From the IMG/VR virus record IMGVR_UViG_2731957955_000011: a stretch of 33,875 nucleotides of DNA. One strand, written 5' to 3'. Positions 1 to 13,284 of the stretch are shown here, in pieces; position 1 is the first letter of the stretch; the number at the start of each line of letters is the position of its first letter. This stretch comes from a virus (taxonomy: Duplodnaviria; Heunggongvirae; Uroviricota; Caudoviricetes). The notes beneath the pieces were generated by a model. It made no database searches. It was given only the letters and a program-made list of their open reading frames with translations, and was not told the DNA's origin. The position numbers and the translations under genes were made by a program.

Positions 1-789
1 GTGTATAAACACGGTGTCATCATTGACTGGATTATCAACTTTGTCTTTTAATTCATAGTTAATACTATATCGGGTATTATATTTCTCCGAAATAAACTTC
101 ACTTTACCATTCAATAATACATTCAGTACATCTTGATCAAGGTGGGTGATTTTACTTACCCAATCTGGGTCACGCAACATTTCAATAGCTTTTGACGAAA
201 TGTTATTTAGATTCCACTCATCAATATTTATCAGTAAAAAACCAGCATTGAAATATCCAGAAGCTAACTGTGGTGTAGTTAATACCGAGGCTCGATTTTG
301 CCACCATTCAACATCTCTTTCAGCTACAACTGCGGCAATTTCATTAGTAGAAAATTGATAATCTAAGAGTTCTTTAATACTACCCTTGCAAGCAATATCT
401 GCATCAAGATATAGTATTTTTTCATGTTTATGATAGAAATAATCTGCAATTATAAATCGAAAATATGTTGCGTAAGTCCAGTTTTTCGTGCTTGGTAATG
501 ACTTCAGCTTATCACAATTGATAACATAAATATTAATTCTTGAATTATATTGTTTTGCTAAATCAGAAAAATATAATTTGTCTTTATCACTGATATAATC
601 TGTGAAAACATGAAATTCACAAGAGATTTCTCTATTGTTTAATAGAATAGATGCGATGGCTACACCACATCCAAAAAGAAAATTTCTGTCAATACCAAAT
701 GCTATATCAAGAGTATTTTTAGATCTTATATTTTGATAATGAAAATTATACTCAAAAAGGATGATGTCACTATCATTGAGTTGAGACAT
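1..789 (-). CDS. LPS outer-core alpha-1,3-glycosyltransferase, GT8 family (WaaI/WaaO-like); partial, 3' end beyond window start
   Basis: Minus-strand frame open from ATG at 789..787 to position 1 (263 codons). My translation begins MSQLNDSDIILFEYNF and contains GT8 motifs LDADIA (DxD), GYFNAGFLLINIDEW and HLDQDVLN. Sits directly downstream of waaP. AT-rich compared with neighbours. Not in the ORF track because it is truncated by the window edge. Confidence 0.7.
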   Translation of the reverse strand, partial: MSQLNDSDIILFEYNFHYQNIRSKNTLDIAFGIDRNFLFGCGVAIASILLNNREISCEFHVFTDYISDKDKLYFSDLAKQYNSRINIYVINCDKLKSLPSTKNWTYATYFRFIIADYFYHKHEKILYLDADIACKGSIKELLDYQFSTNEIAAVVAERDVEWWQNRASVLTTPQLASGYFNAGFLLINIDEWNLNNISSKAIEMLRDPDWVSKITHLDQDVLNVLLNGKVKFISEKYNTRYSINYELKDKVDNPVNDDTVFIH

Positions 790-831
790 ATTTATTCTGT
801 ATCCAAAATTTTGGCAAAAATAAGTTACGGG

Positions 832-1629
832 TTACAACGATTTTCGAATCGTTCTTTCCCTGATTTTTGTGGCTTTTGCTTCTGCTTGCGACAGCAGTCC
901 TTGTTCCTGCTTGAGAATGTCTTTAAGCGGGGCGGCAAAATACACTTTCATAAACCGCCAGATATCCCGCTGAGTCAGGCCGATATTCATCGAAGAAAAA
1001 TAAAGCCCAATAAGATCTTTATCCCGCCAACGACGTGGAACGCGCGTGCGAAGCTGCGCCCGGTGCAGGTCAATTACCGAAATTTTTAACTCCTCTTCCT
1101 TACCGGAAAAAGGCAAGTGCAGCAGGAAATGACAGATATAACAGTCACGGTGGTTAATGCCCGCAGCATGCATATCGCGCACCATCGTCGCGACACGCTT
1201 AATAAGCATACGCTTTACGCGAACATCTGGAGGGTTAGTCGCCCAGTCAGCACTGTAATCTTCAAGACTTATGGTTGGTGTCAGATCTTCGGTAATAATA
1301 AATGAAGTTCTGGTCAGCGGATTCATGCCTTTTTCGCCAAATGCCACCCCATACATAGTATCAACGCCGACATCCCGCAGTCGATGAATCGCATTCCATT
1401 CGCGGTCAGCGCCTAATACTGGCATCCGCAATGAGAGTAAATTTTTGATTATCTCTTTCAGGGTCGTGCCGCGATGCCATTTGAGAAAATAGCTTTTGCC
1501 CGCCATTTCAAAGCGCAGAGTACGGCGAGTTTCCAGTTCACGAAATACCTCACCCTGCAAGGTTTTAACTTCCTCAAAAGGATCTTTGCCGCGCCATAAC
1601 GTGGCAAACGGCTCTTTAAGTTCAACCAT
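832..1629 (-). CDS. waaP: LPS core heptose(I) kinase WaaP
   Basis: ORF track 832..1638 (268 aa); sequence [28 protein letters not shown]... recognised as WaaP/RfaP. Start placed at the second in-frame ATG (MVELK), giving 265 aa; the alternative start is 1638. Overlaps the waaG 3' end. Confidence 0.9.
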   Translation of the reverse strand: MVELKEPFATLWRGKDPFEEVKTLQGEVFRELETRRTLRFEMAGKSYFLKWHRGTTLKEIIKNLLSLRMPVLGADREWNAIHRLRDVGVDTMYGVAFGEKGMNPLTRTSFIITEDLTPTISLEDYSADWATNPPDVRVKRMLIKRVATMVRDMHAAGINHRDCYICHFLLHLPFSGKEEELKISVIDLHRAQLRTRVPRRWRDKDLIGLYFSSMNIGLTQRDIWRFMKVYFAAPLKDILKQEQGLLSQAEAKATKIRERTIRKSL

Positions 1630-2746
1630 CCAGACCACCCGTTATGATATCCGCCGCTTTCTCTGGCAGACTGTATAAATCTTGTGTATCAGCATAATGT
1701 CGCGCATTTTCCGCCCAGGCCTGGCGCAATGAAGATTGCGTTAACGCTTTGCGTAAAATCTCATTCAATGTTTCCTGGCGGAATGGCTCAGCAATAGCCT
1801 CGCCGCAATTAGCGTCGACAATATAATGCGCATAGCCACAAACGGCTGTTGTTAGTACCGGTAATCCTGCAGTAATCGCTTCCAGCAGCACAATTCCCGC
1901 CGCTTCCTGGTAGGCAGGATGCAGTAATAAATCCGCCGCCGCCATTAATTCCGAGACATCATTGCGCCCCGAGAAAAAGTGAACATTACTGCGCACGCCG
2001 CGTTTTTCTGCCAGCGCCTCAAATTTTCGCGGTTTATCCTGCCCAACAACATATAGCAATGTGTTGTGGCGCAGCGAATCCGGTAACGAAGCAAGTGCTT
2101 CAATGGAACGATCGACACCTTTACGCGTGAAGTCTGAACCGACCTGCAACAATAAATATTGTTGTTCGGTTATTCCATTCTTCTTACGGAAGATTTCACG
2201 GCTATTGGCTGGCTGCTGGCTATATTTACGATCAGGATAAATCCCCGGTGGCAGAATATGAAAACGCTCCGCTTCAGTCTGATAATGTTTCTGGAAATCG
2301 GCGATTTGCTTATCTGTCAGCATCAGCAGCTGTGTCGGCTTGCCCTGTTCGAAGGTTGCCCGCTCAAAGGCGGCATAATGGCGATAACGTGACGTCAGGC
2401 GATAGAAAAAGCCTTTTTCCTGCGCTACTTTCTCGGCATAACAAACATCAGCGGCATAATAAACGTCCAGCCCCGGCATTTTGTTGAATCCAACGACTTT
2501 ATCGACGGGATGTTCGCGTAAATGTTTTTGCACCCAGGCAAAATACTCCGCATTGCGCCCGTGATTGGTATGCGATTTAACCGGCACTTTGATCAGTTCA
2601 AATACATCAGGGCATTCGCCTTCCCACGACTGGGTATAAACCCGAACATGATGACCTCGGGCGGCGACTGTCTGAGCAATACGCATAAAATCACGCTGCA
2701 AACCGCCAAAGGGAAAATATTTATATAAACAAAAAGCAACGATCAT
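1622..2746 (-). CDS. waaG: LPS core glucosyltransferase I WaaG (GT4)
   Basis: 374-aa [42 protein letters not shown]... recognised as WaaG/RfaG. 4-bp overlap with the waaQ stop suggests translational coupling. Confidence 0.92.
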   Translation of the reverse strand: MIVAFCLYKYFPFGGLQRDFMRIAQTVAARGHHVRVYTQSWEGECPDVFELIKVPVKSHTNHGRNAEYFAWVQKHLREHPVDKVVGFNKMPGLDVYYAADVCYAEKVAQEKGFFYRLTSRYRHYAAFERATFEQGKPTQLLMLTDKQIADFQKHYQTEAERFHILPPGIYPDRKYSQQPANSREIFRKKNGITEQQYLLLQVGSDFTRKGVDRSIEALASLPDSLRHNTLLYVVGQDKPRKFEALAEKRGVRSNVHFFSGRNDVSELMAAADLLLHPAYQEAAGIVLLEAITAGLPVLTTAVCGYAHYIVDANCGEAIAEPFRQETLNEILRKALTQSSLRQAWAENARHYADTQDLYSLPEKAADIITGGLDG

Positions 2747-3801
2747 AACGACGTACCTGTCGTGGAGGAGGGCAGTAATTTATCGACAGCAGCAATGACA
2801 TCTGCCGCCGGAATAACCGAAAGATACATCTCATTTCGGTCACGCTGATCGCGCGTTGGCATTTCCCGGTAATCTCCCGCCCAGAATTGAATCATGTTAT
2901 TTGACCAGGGACGCCAGAAAATATGATCTGTCGCACCAAACAGCGATATCAGCGGCGTATTAACTGCAGCGGCAATATGCGCCGGTGCGGAATCAACGCC
3001 AATAAACAGCTGCGCATGATCGATTAACGCACCAAGTTCCGGGAAGGTCACCTTTCCAGCCAGCGCCGTTACTGGTGGCGTCTGGCATCCCTGCGCAATT
3101 TCATTGACGCAGGCCAGATCGTCTTTATCTGGGCCGGACGTCAGAACGACTTCATAACCACGAGCATGTAAGGCATCAATCACAGCGGAAAACTTGGCGT
3201 TGTCCCAGCATTTGAAGATTTGCCGCGCCGTAGGTTGGATAACCACATAATTTTGTCCAACACCAGCGTGATCAAGTTCGCGACGCATACGTTTCCAGCT
3301 TGCAGGCGGGTAACTCATGGTTGTCTGCTTCACCAACGAATCAAGTCCCAATGGTGTCAGCACGGATAAGTTACTTTCCACCACATTTCCACCCTGCAAC
3401 GGCACCAAATGGGTGAAACTTTTACGCCAAAAAGCAGACTGCCGATGATGATAATCCTGGGAAATTTTCACACGAGCATTTAATAAGCGAACCAGTATAG
3501 CAACCATCCATTGATCGGTAAGATTGACGATAAGGTCATACTTATTGGCACGTAATACCTTGATGAGATGAAAAAAGTTGGCAATTTTTTCTGAGGCTTT
3601 TGCTTTTTTATTTTTTATGCCGTAGAGCGCGTTAATCTCTGGATTTTCAGACAGGATCGGGATGGTGTCCTGATAAAGCAGCACATCGATTTTTGCGTCA
3701 GGGTAATTTTTTTTCAGCGAACTAATGACGGGAGTAGTTAATAACATATCCCCATGAAAACGCATCTTAATGAGCAAAATTCTTCGAAATGGCTTATCCA
3801 C
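2743..3801 (-). CDS. waaQ: LPS core heptosyltransferase III WaaQ (GT9)
   Basis: ORF ...RILLIKMRFHGDMLLTTPVISSLKKNYPDAKIDVLL... recognised as WaaQ/RfaQ. The ORF-track start at 3801 is a GTG; the first in-frame ATG (MRFHGDM) lies 36 nt downstream. Exact start uncertain. Confidence 0.85.
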   Translation of the reverse strand: MDKPFRRILLIKMRFHGDMLLTTPVISSLKKNYPDAKIDVLLYQDTIPILSENPEINALYGIKNKKAKASEKIANFFHLIKVLRANKYDLIVNLTDQWMVAILVRLLNARVKISQDYHHRQSAFWRKSFTHLVPLQGGNVVESNLSVLTPLGLDSLVKQTTMSYPPASWKRMRRELDHAGVGQNYVVIQPTARQIFKCWDNAKFSAVIDALHARGYEVVLTSGPDKDDLACVNEIAQGCQTPPVTALAGKVTFPELGALIDHAQLFIGVDSAPAHIAAAVNTPLISLFGATDHIFWRPWSNNMIQFWAGDYREMPTRDQRDRNEMYLSVIPAADVIAAVDKLLPSSTTGTSL

Positions 3802-3850
3802 AAGTAACTCTTTTTGTTGAGATTATCCGATTAAGGTGAAGCAGAAAAAG

Positions 3851-3862
3851 CACGCTACCGCC
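3851..3862 (-). promoter_or_regulatory. ops element (RfaH recruitment site, part of JUMPstart) in the waaQ operon leader
   Basis: Plus strand reads cacgctaccgcc at 3851..3862; the reverse complement GGCGGTAGCGTG is the 12-nt ops consensus on the waaQ coding strand, about 50 nt upstream of the waaQ start. Confidence 0.75.
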
Positions 3863-4213
3863 CCAGGCTCAACAGCTACCTGAATACTGATACCGCACTG
3901 ATATTGACGCGCTAGTGTATCACTTCTTTCGCGGCAATCCGACCCGAATGATTTTTAAGCACATTGTTGATTTTCAATAAAGAAATCAATCAAATAAAAT
4001 CATTAGCAACCATATTCTTTCACTGTTGCTCTGCGATTCCTTCCTGCACGTACAGCAGAAATCAATGAATCGCATAAAAATACAAAAAAAGTATAGATGT
4101 TCAGCAAGAATTGGCGGGTAAATTGCTATTTAAGTCAAAAACGGGAAAAGTAATGGTAAAGCCACAGCTAAATACATAGAATCCCCAGCACATCCATAAG
4201 TCAGCTATTTACT

Positions 4214-5978
<1,765 letters not shown>

Positions 5979-5985
5979 CGTTTAT

Positions 5986-6007
5986 GCCGGATGGTATGCC
6001 ATCCGGC
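5986..6007. terminator. perfect 9-bp hairpin between convergent coaD and mutM
   Basis: gccggatgg-tatg-ccatccggc, read directly; lies between the coaD stop (5978) and the mutM stop (6017). No strong U-tract, so function as terminator or REP-like element is inferred. Confidence 0.45.
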
Positions 6008-6016
6008 GCGCATGAA

Positions 6017-6826
6017 TTACTTCTGGCACTGCCGACAATAAAACGTTGCCCGCTGCGCATGTTTAGTCGCCACAATCGGCGTACCGCACACCCGACACGG
6101 CTCGCCTTTTCGCCCGTAAACCTGCAATTCCTGAGCGAAATAGCCCGGTTTACCATCACTTTGCAGAAAATCTTTCAGCGTTGTACCACCCTGCTCAATC
6201 GAACGCAGCAACACCGCTTTAATCACCCGAGCTAACAATTCACACTCTGCCAGCGACAGTGATGACGCCAGCCGATCCGGATGGATCCCCGCCGCAAACA
6301 GTGATTCGCTGGCATAGATATTCCCTACCCCTACCACCAGCTTGTTATCCATCAGCCACGGTTTAATCGCCGTTTTTTTCTTCGCGCACTTCTGATGCAG
6401 ATACTCACCATTGAAATCGTCGCTAAGCGGCTCCGGTCCAAGATGGGTCAGCACATTATGCCCTTCCAGCTCTTTGGTCCACAGCCAGGCACCAAAGCGG
6501 CGCGGATCGGTGTAGCGCAGCACTTTGCCGTTGCTCATCACCAATTCCACATGGTCATGCTTTTCAGGGGGAAGTTCTTCTGGAAGGATGCGCAGGCTGC
6601 CAGACATCCCTAAATGAATGATAATCCAGCCCTCAGGCAGCTCCAGCAGCAGATATTTAGCCCGCCGCTGCACGCTAAGCACTGGTTGGTCGCTTAAACG
6701 GTAGATCTCTTCTGAAACCGGCCAGCGCAAGCGTCCGTTGCGCACCACTGCATGAAGAATGGTTGCACCAACGAGATGCGGTTCTATGCCGCGGCGGCTG
6801 GTTTCAACTTCGGGTAATTCAGGCAT
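6017..6826 (-). CDS. mutM: formamidopyrimidine-DNA glycosylase MutM/Fpg
   Basis: 269-aa ORF starting [37 protein letters not shown]..., with the C-terminal zinc finger [24 protein letters not shown]. Confidence 0.93.
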   Translation of the reverse strand: MPELPEVETSRRGIEPHLVGATILHAVVRNGRLRWPVSEEIYRLSDQPVLSVQRRAKYLLLELPEGWIIIHLGMSGSLRILPEELPPEKHDHVELVMSNGKVLRYTDPRRFGAWLWTKELEGHNVLTHLGPEPLSDDFNGEYLHQKCAKKKTAIKPWLMDNKLVVGVGNIYASESLFAAGIHPDRLASSLSLAECELLARVIKAVLLRSIEQGGTTLKDFLQSDGKPGYFAQELQVYGRKGEPCRVCGTPIVATKHAQRATFYCRQCQK

Positions 6827-6877
6827 AGCATCTCCAGGAATGAACAGATGCAGTCAATATGGGGGCAAGCAGATAAC

Positions 6878-6906
6878 AAAAAACCCCGCCGGAGCGAGGT
6901 TTTTTG
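6878..6906 (-). terminator. intrinsic terminator downstream of rpmG (between rpmG and mutM)
   Basis: On the minus strand: cctcgc-tccg-gcgggg hairpin (6 bp, one G-U pair) followed by uuuuuugu; flanked by an A-run on the other side. Confidence 0.5.
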
Positions 6907-6923
6907 TTACATCAAAGCGAGAA

Positions 6924-7094
<171 letters not shown>

Positions 7095-7111
7095 TTATTT
7101 CCTCTAAGTAC

Positions 7112-7369
<258 letters not shown>

Positions 7370-7564
7370 TTAGCTCGAGCTTCGTATGGGGTATTGGCGC
7401 CTCGTCAGGCTTTACAGCCCGGTCATCGCAGTTCTATGTGAACTCTCGATTGCCAGGCCCAAATGCCAAACCCGAGATTCTCAAAGGTGGCGTAGTATAC
7501 GCTGACTCAGCGATGTGCTCAAGTCCCGAACAGACAAAGATCCCGAAGGATCGCGCATAGCGGG

Positions 7565-8239
7565 TTAAATCCAGCCGCGTTCGGCAAAAGAAACATACTC
7601 TCCACGCCCAATCACGATATGGTCGAGCACGCGTAAATCCATGAACTGACAACTCTTTATTATCCGTTCAGTAATGAGTTTATCCGCTTTACTGGGTTCA
7701 GCACAACCCGAAGGGTGATTATGTGCAAGGATCAGCGCCGAGGCGTTTATTTTTATCGCTTCGCGGATAATTTCCCGAGGATGGACTTCAACATGGTTTA
7801 GCGTGCCGGAAAAAAGACGGCTATGCGTTATAACCCGGTGTTGGGAGTCGAGAAAGATCACCATAAAGATCTCCCGCTCCTCACCCGTGAGCTGGCTTTG
7901 TAAAAATTCCCTCGTCATCTCCGGGCTGAGTAAAGGGCTTTCTTCACGCATCCGCACGTTGTAGTAACGCCGCGCCAGTTCAGCAATCCCCTTTAACTGG
8001 GCAAATTTCGCCACGCCAATTCCATGAACGCCACTAAATTGTTCATATTCAGAGGTTAACAAGCCATAAAGAGAGCCGAAATTCTCCAGCATCTCTTTTG
8101 CCAGGGTTAATACATCTTTACCGCGCGTTCCGGTACGCAGAAATAGCGCCAGCAGCTCGACATCCGTTAAGGCGCTAATACCAAACTTCAGCATTTTTTC
8201 GCGCGGCATCAACAGCTGTGAATTGTTTTTCACCTTCAC
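7565..8239 (-). CDS. yicR: UPF0758 / RadC-like JAB-domain protein YicR
   Basis: 224-aa [45 protein letters not shown]... with the JAMM-like motif ILAHNHPSG. Confidence 0.9.
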   Translation of the reverse strand: MKVKNNSQLLMPREKMLKFGISALTDVELLALFLRTGTRGKDVLTLAKEMLENFGSLYGLLTSEYEQFSGVHGIGVAKFAQLKGIAELARRYYNVRMREESPLLSPEMTREFLQSQLTGEEREIFMVIFLDSQHRVITHSRLFSGTLNHVEVHPREIIREAIKINASALILAHNHPSGCAEPSKADKLITERIIKSCQFMDLRVLDHIVIGRGEYVSFAERGWI

Positions 8240-8404
8240 CTCCTTTGTGGTGCTCGCATCCTGTCATAGCCGTTTCGTTAAATCGACGGCCAGTTTTCAA
8301 TCCTGGAAAGCGCCTCGCAAAGTGAATCTCAGGTGAAGGCACGACAACAAAAGTATTGTGATAAAATCGCCAACTTCTGGTGTCACCCTACAGGAAAAAT
8401 CATC

Positions 8405-9625
8405 ATGAGCCTGGCCGGTAAAAAAATCGTTCTCGGCGTTAGCGGCGGTATTGCTGCCTATAAAACCCCTGAACTGGTGCGTCGTTTGCGCGATCGCGGG
8501 GCCGACGTCCGCGTAGCCATGACCGAAGCGGCAAAAGCCTTTATCACCCCACTTAGCTTGCAGGCGGTTTCTGGTTATCCCGTTTCCGACAGTCTGCTGG
8601 ACCCGGCAGCCGAAGCCGCTATGGGCCATATTGAGCTGGGTAAATGGGCTGATTTAGTGATTCTCGCCCCTGCCACGGCAGATTTGATTGCCCGTATTGC
8701 TGCCGGAATGGCGAATGACCTGGTATCGACGATTTGTCTGGCTACACCTGCGCCTGTAGCCGTGCTCCCCGCCATGAACCAGCAGATGTACCGTGCCGCT
8801 GCCACGCAGCATAATTTAGAGGTGCTTGCTTCCCGTGGTATGCTCATCTGGGGGCCAGACAGTGGCAGTCAGGCTTGTGGTGATATCGGTCCTGGGCGAA
8901 TGCTCGATCCGTTAACCATTGTGGATATGGCGGTGGCGCATTTTTCGCCCGTCAACGACCTGAAACATCTGAACATTATGATTACCGCCGGCCCGACGCG
9001 TGAACCGCTCGATCCGGTGCGTTATATCTCTAATCACAGCTCCGGCAAGATGGGTTTTGCTATCGCCGCCGCCGCTGCCCGTCGTGGCGCGAACGTCACG
9101 CTGGTATCAGGTCCGGTTTCACTACCGACGCCACCGTTTGTTAAACGTGTTGATGTGATGACTGCGCTGGAAATGGAAGCCGCCGTGAATGCTTCTGTAC
9201 AGCAGCAAAATATTTTTATCGGTTGCGCCGCCGTGGCGGATTATCGCGCAGCTACCGTGGCCCCAGAGAAAATCAAAAAGCAGGCCACGCAGGGTGATGA
9301 ATTAACAATAAAAATGGTTAAAAACCCCGATATCGTCGCAGGCGTTGCCGCACTAAAAGACCATCGACCCTACGTCGTTGGATTTGCCGCCGAAACAAAT
9401 AATGTGGAAGAATACGCCCGGCAAAAACGTATCCGTAAAAACCTTGATCTGATCTGCGCGAACGATGTTTCCCAGCCAACTCAAGGATTTAACAGCGACA
9501 ACAACGCATTACACCTTTTCTGGCAGGACGGAGATAAAGTCTTACCGCTTGAGCGCAAAGAGCTCCTTGGCCAATTATTACTCGACGAGATCGTGACCCG
9601 TTATGATGAAAAAAATCGACGTTAA
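8405..9625 (+). CDS. coaBC: bifunctional phosphopantothenoylcysteine decarboxylase / synthetase CoaBC (Dfp)
   Basis: In-frame ATG at 8405 gives [28 protein letters not shown]... (406 aa); the ORF-track start at 8333 is an upstream extension. Confidence 0.93.
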
Positions 9626-10061
9626 GATTCTGGACCCGCGCGTTGGGAAGGAATTTCCGCTCCCGACTTATGCCACCTCTGGCTCTGCCGGACTTGACCT
9701 GCGTGCCTGTCTCGACGACGCCGTAGAACTGGCTCCGGGTGACACTACGCTGGTTCCGACCGGGCTGGCGATTCATATTGCCGATCCTTCACTGGCGGCA
9801 ATGATGCTGCCGCGCTCCGGATTGGGACATAAGCACGGTATCGTGCTTGGTAACCTGGTAGGATTGATCGATTCCGACTATCAGGGCCAGTTGATGATTT
9901 CCGTGTGGAACCGTGGTCAGGACAGCTTCACCATTCAACCTGGCGAACGCATCGCCCAGATGATTTTTGTTCCGGTAGTACAGGCTGAATTTAATCTGGT
10001 GGAAGATTTCGACGCCACCGACCGCGGTGAAGGCGGCTTTGGTCACTCTGGTCGTCAGTAA
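9603..10061 (+). CDS. dut: dUTP diphosphatase Dut
   Basis: 152-aa [39 protein letters not shown]...; overlaps the coaBC 3' end by about 20 nt in another frame. Confidence 0.93.
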
Positions 10062-10167
10062 CACATACGCATCCGAATAACGTCATAACATAGCCGCAAA
10101 CATTTCGTTTGCGGTCATAGCGTGGGTGCCGCCTGGCAAGTGCTTATTTTCAGGGGTATTTTGTAAC

Positions 10168-10764
10168 ATGGCAGAAAAACAAACTGCGAAAAGGAACCGT
10201 CGCGAGGAAATACTTCAGTCTCTGGCGCTGATGCTGGAATCCAGCGATGGAAGCCAACGTATCACGACGGCAAAACTGGCCGCCTCTGTCGGCGTTTCCG
10301 AAGCGGCACTGTATCGCCACTTCCCCAGTAAGACCCGCATGTTCGATAGCCTGATTGAGTTTATCGAAGATAGCCTGATTACTCGCATCAACCTGATTCT
10401 GAAAGATGAGAAAGACACCACAGCGCGCCTGCGTCTGATTGTGTTGCTGCTTCTCGGTTTTGGTGAGCGTAATCCTGGCCTGACCCGCATCCTCACTGGT
10501 CATGCGCTGATGTTTGAACAGGATCGCCTGCAAGGGCGTATCAACCAGCTGTTCGAGCGTATTGAAGCGCAGCTGCGCCAGGTATTGCGTGAAAAGAGAA
10601 TGCGTGAGGGTGAAGGTTACACCACCGATGAAACCCTGCTGGCAAGCCAGATCCTGGCCTTCTGTGAAGGTATGCTGTCACGTTTTGTCCGCAGCGAATT
10701 TAAATACCGCCCGACGGATGATTTTGACGCCCGCTGGCCGCTAATTGCCGCGCAGTTGCAGTAA
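10168..10764 (+). CDS. slmA: nucleoid occlusion factor SlmA (TetR family)
   Basis: In-frame ATG at 10168 gives [52 protein letters not shown]... (198 aa). Confidence 0.92.
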
Positions 10765-10769
10765 TATGA

Positions 10770-10793
10770 CGCCGGATGACTTTTCATCCGGCG
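10770..10793. terminator. 10-bp hairpin between convergent slmA and pyrE
   Basis: c-gccggatga-cttt-tcatccggc-g, read directly; followed on the plus strand by gtttcttt. Lies between the slmA stop (10764) and the pyrE stop (10801). Confidence 0.5.
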
Positions 10794-10800
10794 AGTTTCT

Positions 10801-11442
10801 TTAAACGCCAAACTCTTCGCGATAGGCCTTAACCGCCGCCAGATGTTCCGCCATTTCCGGCTTCTCTTCCAGATAGGCAATCAGATCTTTCAGGGTGATG
10901 ATAGAGATCACTTTGCAGTTGTAATCACGCTCAACTTCCTGAATCGCCGAAATCTCGCCGCGCCCCCGTTCCTGACGATCAAGCGAAATCAATACGCCAG
11001 CAAGCGTCGCGCCATTAGCCTGAATAATCTCCATCGATTCGCGAATCGCCGTTCCGGCGGTGATCACATCATCTACCAGCATTACGCGTCCTTGTAACGC
11101 GCTACCAACCAGATTGCCGCCTTCACCGTGGTCTTTTGCCTCTTTGCGGTTAAAGCAGTACGGCAGGTCAAGGTCATGATGCTCCGCCAGCGCCACGGCG
11201 GTAGTGGTCGCAATCGGGATCCCTTTGTAAGCAGGGCCAAACAGCAGATCGAACTCAATGCCAGAATCCACCAATGCTTCAGCGTAAAAACGGCCTAACA
11301 GTGCCAGGTCGCGCCCGGTATTAAACAGCCCGGCGTTGAAGAAATAGGGGCTTTTGCGCCCGGATTTCAGCGTAAACTCGCCAAACTTTAACACCTGCTT
11401 GCTAAGCGCAAATTCAATAAACTGGCGCTGATATGGTTTCAT
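10801..11442 (-). CDS. pyrE: orotate phosphoribosyltransferase PyrE
   Basis: In-frame ATG at 11442 gives [40 protein letters not shown]... (213 aa); preceded by an aggag Shine-Dalgarno. Confidence 0.93.
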
Positions 11443-11474
11443 GCCTTCGCTCCTCATCTTACTTTTCTACAGAC

Positions 11475-11500
11475 AAAAAAAAGGCGACTCATCAGTCGCC
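11475..11500 (-). terminator. pyrE attenuator (intrinsic terminator in the rph-pyrE intercistronic leader)
   Basis: Minus strand reads ggcgact-gatg-agtcgcc followed by eight U (plus-strand A-run 11475..11482), about 35 nt upstream of the pyrE start and just after the rph stop. Matches the known UTP-sensitive pyrE attenuator arrangement. Confidence 0.65.
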
Positions 11501-11507
11501 TTAAAAA

Positions 11508-12224
11508 TCAGTTTGCCAGCGCCGCCTTCTGCGTCGCTACAATGGATTCGATTCCCCCTCGGGCCAGCGCCAACAAGGTGAGTAGCTCTTCATGGGTGAA
11601 CGGCTCGCCTTCTGCCGTCCCCTGCACTTCAATGATGCGCCCGTCTTCGGTCATCACTACGTTCATGTCGGTCTCTGCGGCTGAGTCTTCAACGTATTCC
11701 AGATCGCAAATTGCTTCACCGTTTACAATACCGACAGAAACTGCGGCTACCATCCCTTTCATCGGGTTGGTTTTCAGCTTGCCGTTTTCCACCAGCTTCT
11801 GTAGCGCATCTGCCAGCGCCACGCAGGCACCCGTAATCGACGCGGTACGCGTGCCACCATCAGCCTGAAGCACGTCGCAGTCCAGCGTAATGGTGAACTC
11901 ACCCAGCGCTTTCAAATCTACTGCCGCGCGAAGAGCACGGGCGATCAGACGCTGGATTTCCATTGTGCGTCCACCCTGCTTACCTTTCGCCGCTTCACGA
12001 GCGTTACGGGTGTGGGTAGAACGTGGCAGCATGCCGTACTCTGCGGTGATCCAGCCCTGGCCCTGACCTTTCAGGAAGCGCGGCACGCCTTCTTCAATAG
12101 AGGCGGTACACAACACTTTGGTATCGCCAAATTCGACCAGCACCGAGCCTTCTGCATGTTTTGTATAGTTACGAGTCAGGGTAACGGGACGCACCTGATT
12201 ATTGCTACGGCCTGCTGGACGCAT
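11508..12224 (-). CDS. rph: ribonuclease PH (full length, no rph-1 frameshift)
   Basis: In-frame ATG at 12224 gives [46 protein letters not shown]... ending ...[11 protein letters not shown] (238 aa). Confidence 0.92.
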   Translation of the reverse strand: MRPAGRSNNQVRPVTLTRNYTKHAEGSVLVEFGDTKVLCTASIEEGVPRFLKGQGQGWITAEYGMLPRSTHTRNAREAAKGKQGGRTMEIQRLIARALRAAVDLKALGEFTITLDCDVLQADGGTRTASITGACVALADALQKLVENGKLKTNPMKGMVAAVSVGIVNGEAICDLEYVEDSAAETDMNVVMTEDGRIIEVQGTAEGEPFTHEELLTLLALARGGIESIVATQKAALAN

Positions 12225-12350
12225 ATTGAAATCTCCGGCTTGAAACAAATGTGGCTGCGCATTATACGGACTTCCGGCGGTTATTCCTATCCTGACAAGG
12301 CATCGATGGCTATAATCCTTCCACCTCTCCTTTTATAAACAGGAACGTCT

Positions 12351-13214
12351 ATGATCCGCAGTATGACCGCCTACGCCCGGCGTGAAATCAAGGGTGAATG
12401 GGGGAGCGCAACCTGGGAAATGCGCTCGGTAAACCAGCGTTATCTGGAAACTTACTTTCGTCTGCCGGAGCAGTTCCGTAGCCTTGAACCTGTCGTTCGC
12501 GAGCGTATTCGTTCTCGCCTGACGCGCGGTAAAGTGGAATGTACCCTGCGCTATGAGCCAGATGTTAGCGCGCAAGGTGAGCTGATCCTCAACGAAAAAC
12601 TGGCTAAACAGCTGGTAACTGCCGCGAACTGGGTAAAAATGCAGAGTGACGAAGGGGAAATCAACCCGGTTGATATTCTACGCTGGCCGGGCGTGATGGC
12701 AGCCCAGGAGCAGGATCTCGACGCGATTGCCGCTGAAATTCTCGCGGCGTTGGATGGTACGCTGGACGACTTTATCGTCGCGCGCGAAACCGAAGGTCAG
12801 GCGCTGAAAGCATTGATCGAGCAGCGTCTGGAAGGCGTCACCGCCGAAGTGGTCAAAGTCCGCGCCCATATGCCGGAAATCCTGCAATGGCAGCGTGAGC
12901 GTCTGGTCGCGAAGCTGGAAGATGCTCAGGTTCAGTTGGAAAACAACCGTCTGGAGCAGGAGCTGGTTCTGCTGGCACAACGAATTGACGTTGCCGAAGA
13001 ACTGGACCGCCTGGAAGCGCATGTCAAAGAGACCTACAACATTCTGAAGAAAAAAGAAGCCGTTGGTCGTCGTCTGGACTTTATGATGCAGGAATTCAAC
13101 CGCGAGTCGAACACTCTTGCGTCGAAGTCTATCAATGCCGAAGTGACAAACTCCGCGATTGAGCTGAAAGTGTTGATTGAGCAGATGCGCGAGCAGATTC
13201 AGAACATTGAATAA
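12351..13214 (+). CDS. yicC: YicC-family (UPF0701) protein, reported as an endoribonuclease
   Basis: 287-aa ORF MIRSMTAYARREIKGEWGSATWEMRSVNQRYLETYFRLPEQFRSLEP... Confidence 0.9.
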   Translation: MIRSMTAYARREIKGEWGSATWEMRSVNQRYLETYFRLPEQFRSLEPVVRERIRSRLTRGKVECTLRYEPDVSAQGELILNEKLAKQLVTAANWVKMQSDEGEINPVDILRWPGVMAAQEQDLDAIAAEILAALDGTLDDFIVARETEGQALKALIEQRLEGVTAEVVKVRAHMPEILQWQRERLVAKLEDAQVQLENNRLEQELVLLAQRIDVAEELDRLEAHVKETYNILKKKEAVGRRLDFMMQEFNRESNTLASKSINAEVTNSAIELKVLIEQMREQIQNIE

Positions 13215-13250
13215 CTCGTAACGCCAATTCTTACTTTTCAGCCTTCACAA

Positions 13251-13284
13251 ATGCCGCCCACTCAAACAGAGCGGCATTTTTCTT
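13251..13284 (+). terminator. possible yicC terminator
   Basis: atgccgc ... gcggcat 7-bp stem with a long (13-nt) loop, followed by ttttt-c-tt. Weak as a canonical terminator. Confidence 0.35.

Noticed and set aside
733-1089. 118-aa plus-strand ORF spanning the waaP / GT8 gene junction
   Set aside because: Antisense to two minus-strand genes with coherent family motifs; AT-rich random ORF.
7434-7652. 72-aa minus-strand ORF upstream of rpmB
   Set aside because: Its 5' part overlaps the yicR 3' end in another frame. No Shine-Dalgarno or recognisable family; more likely untranslated rpmB leader.
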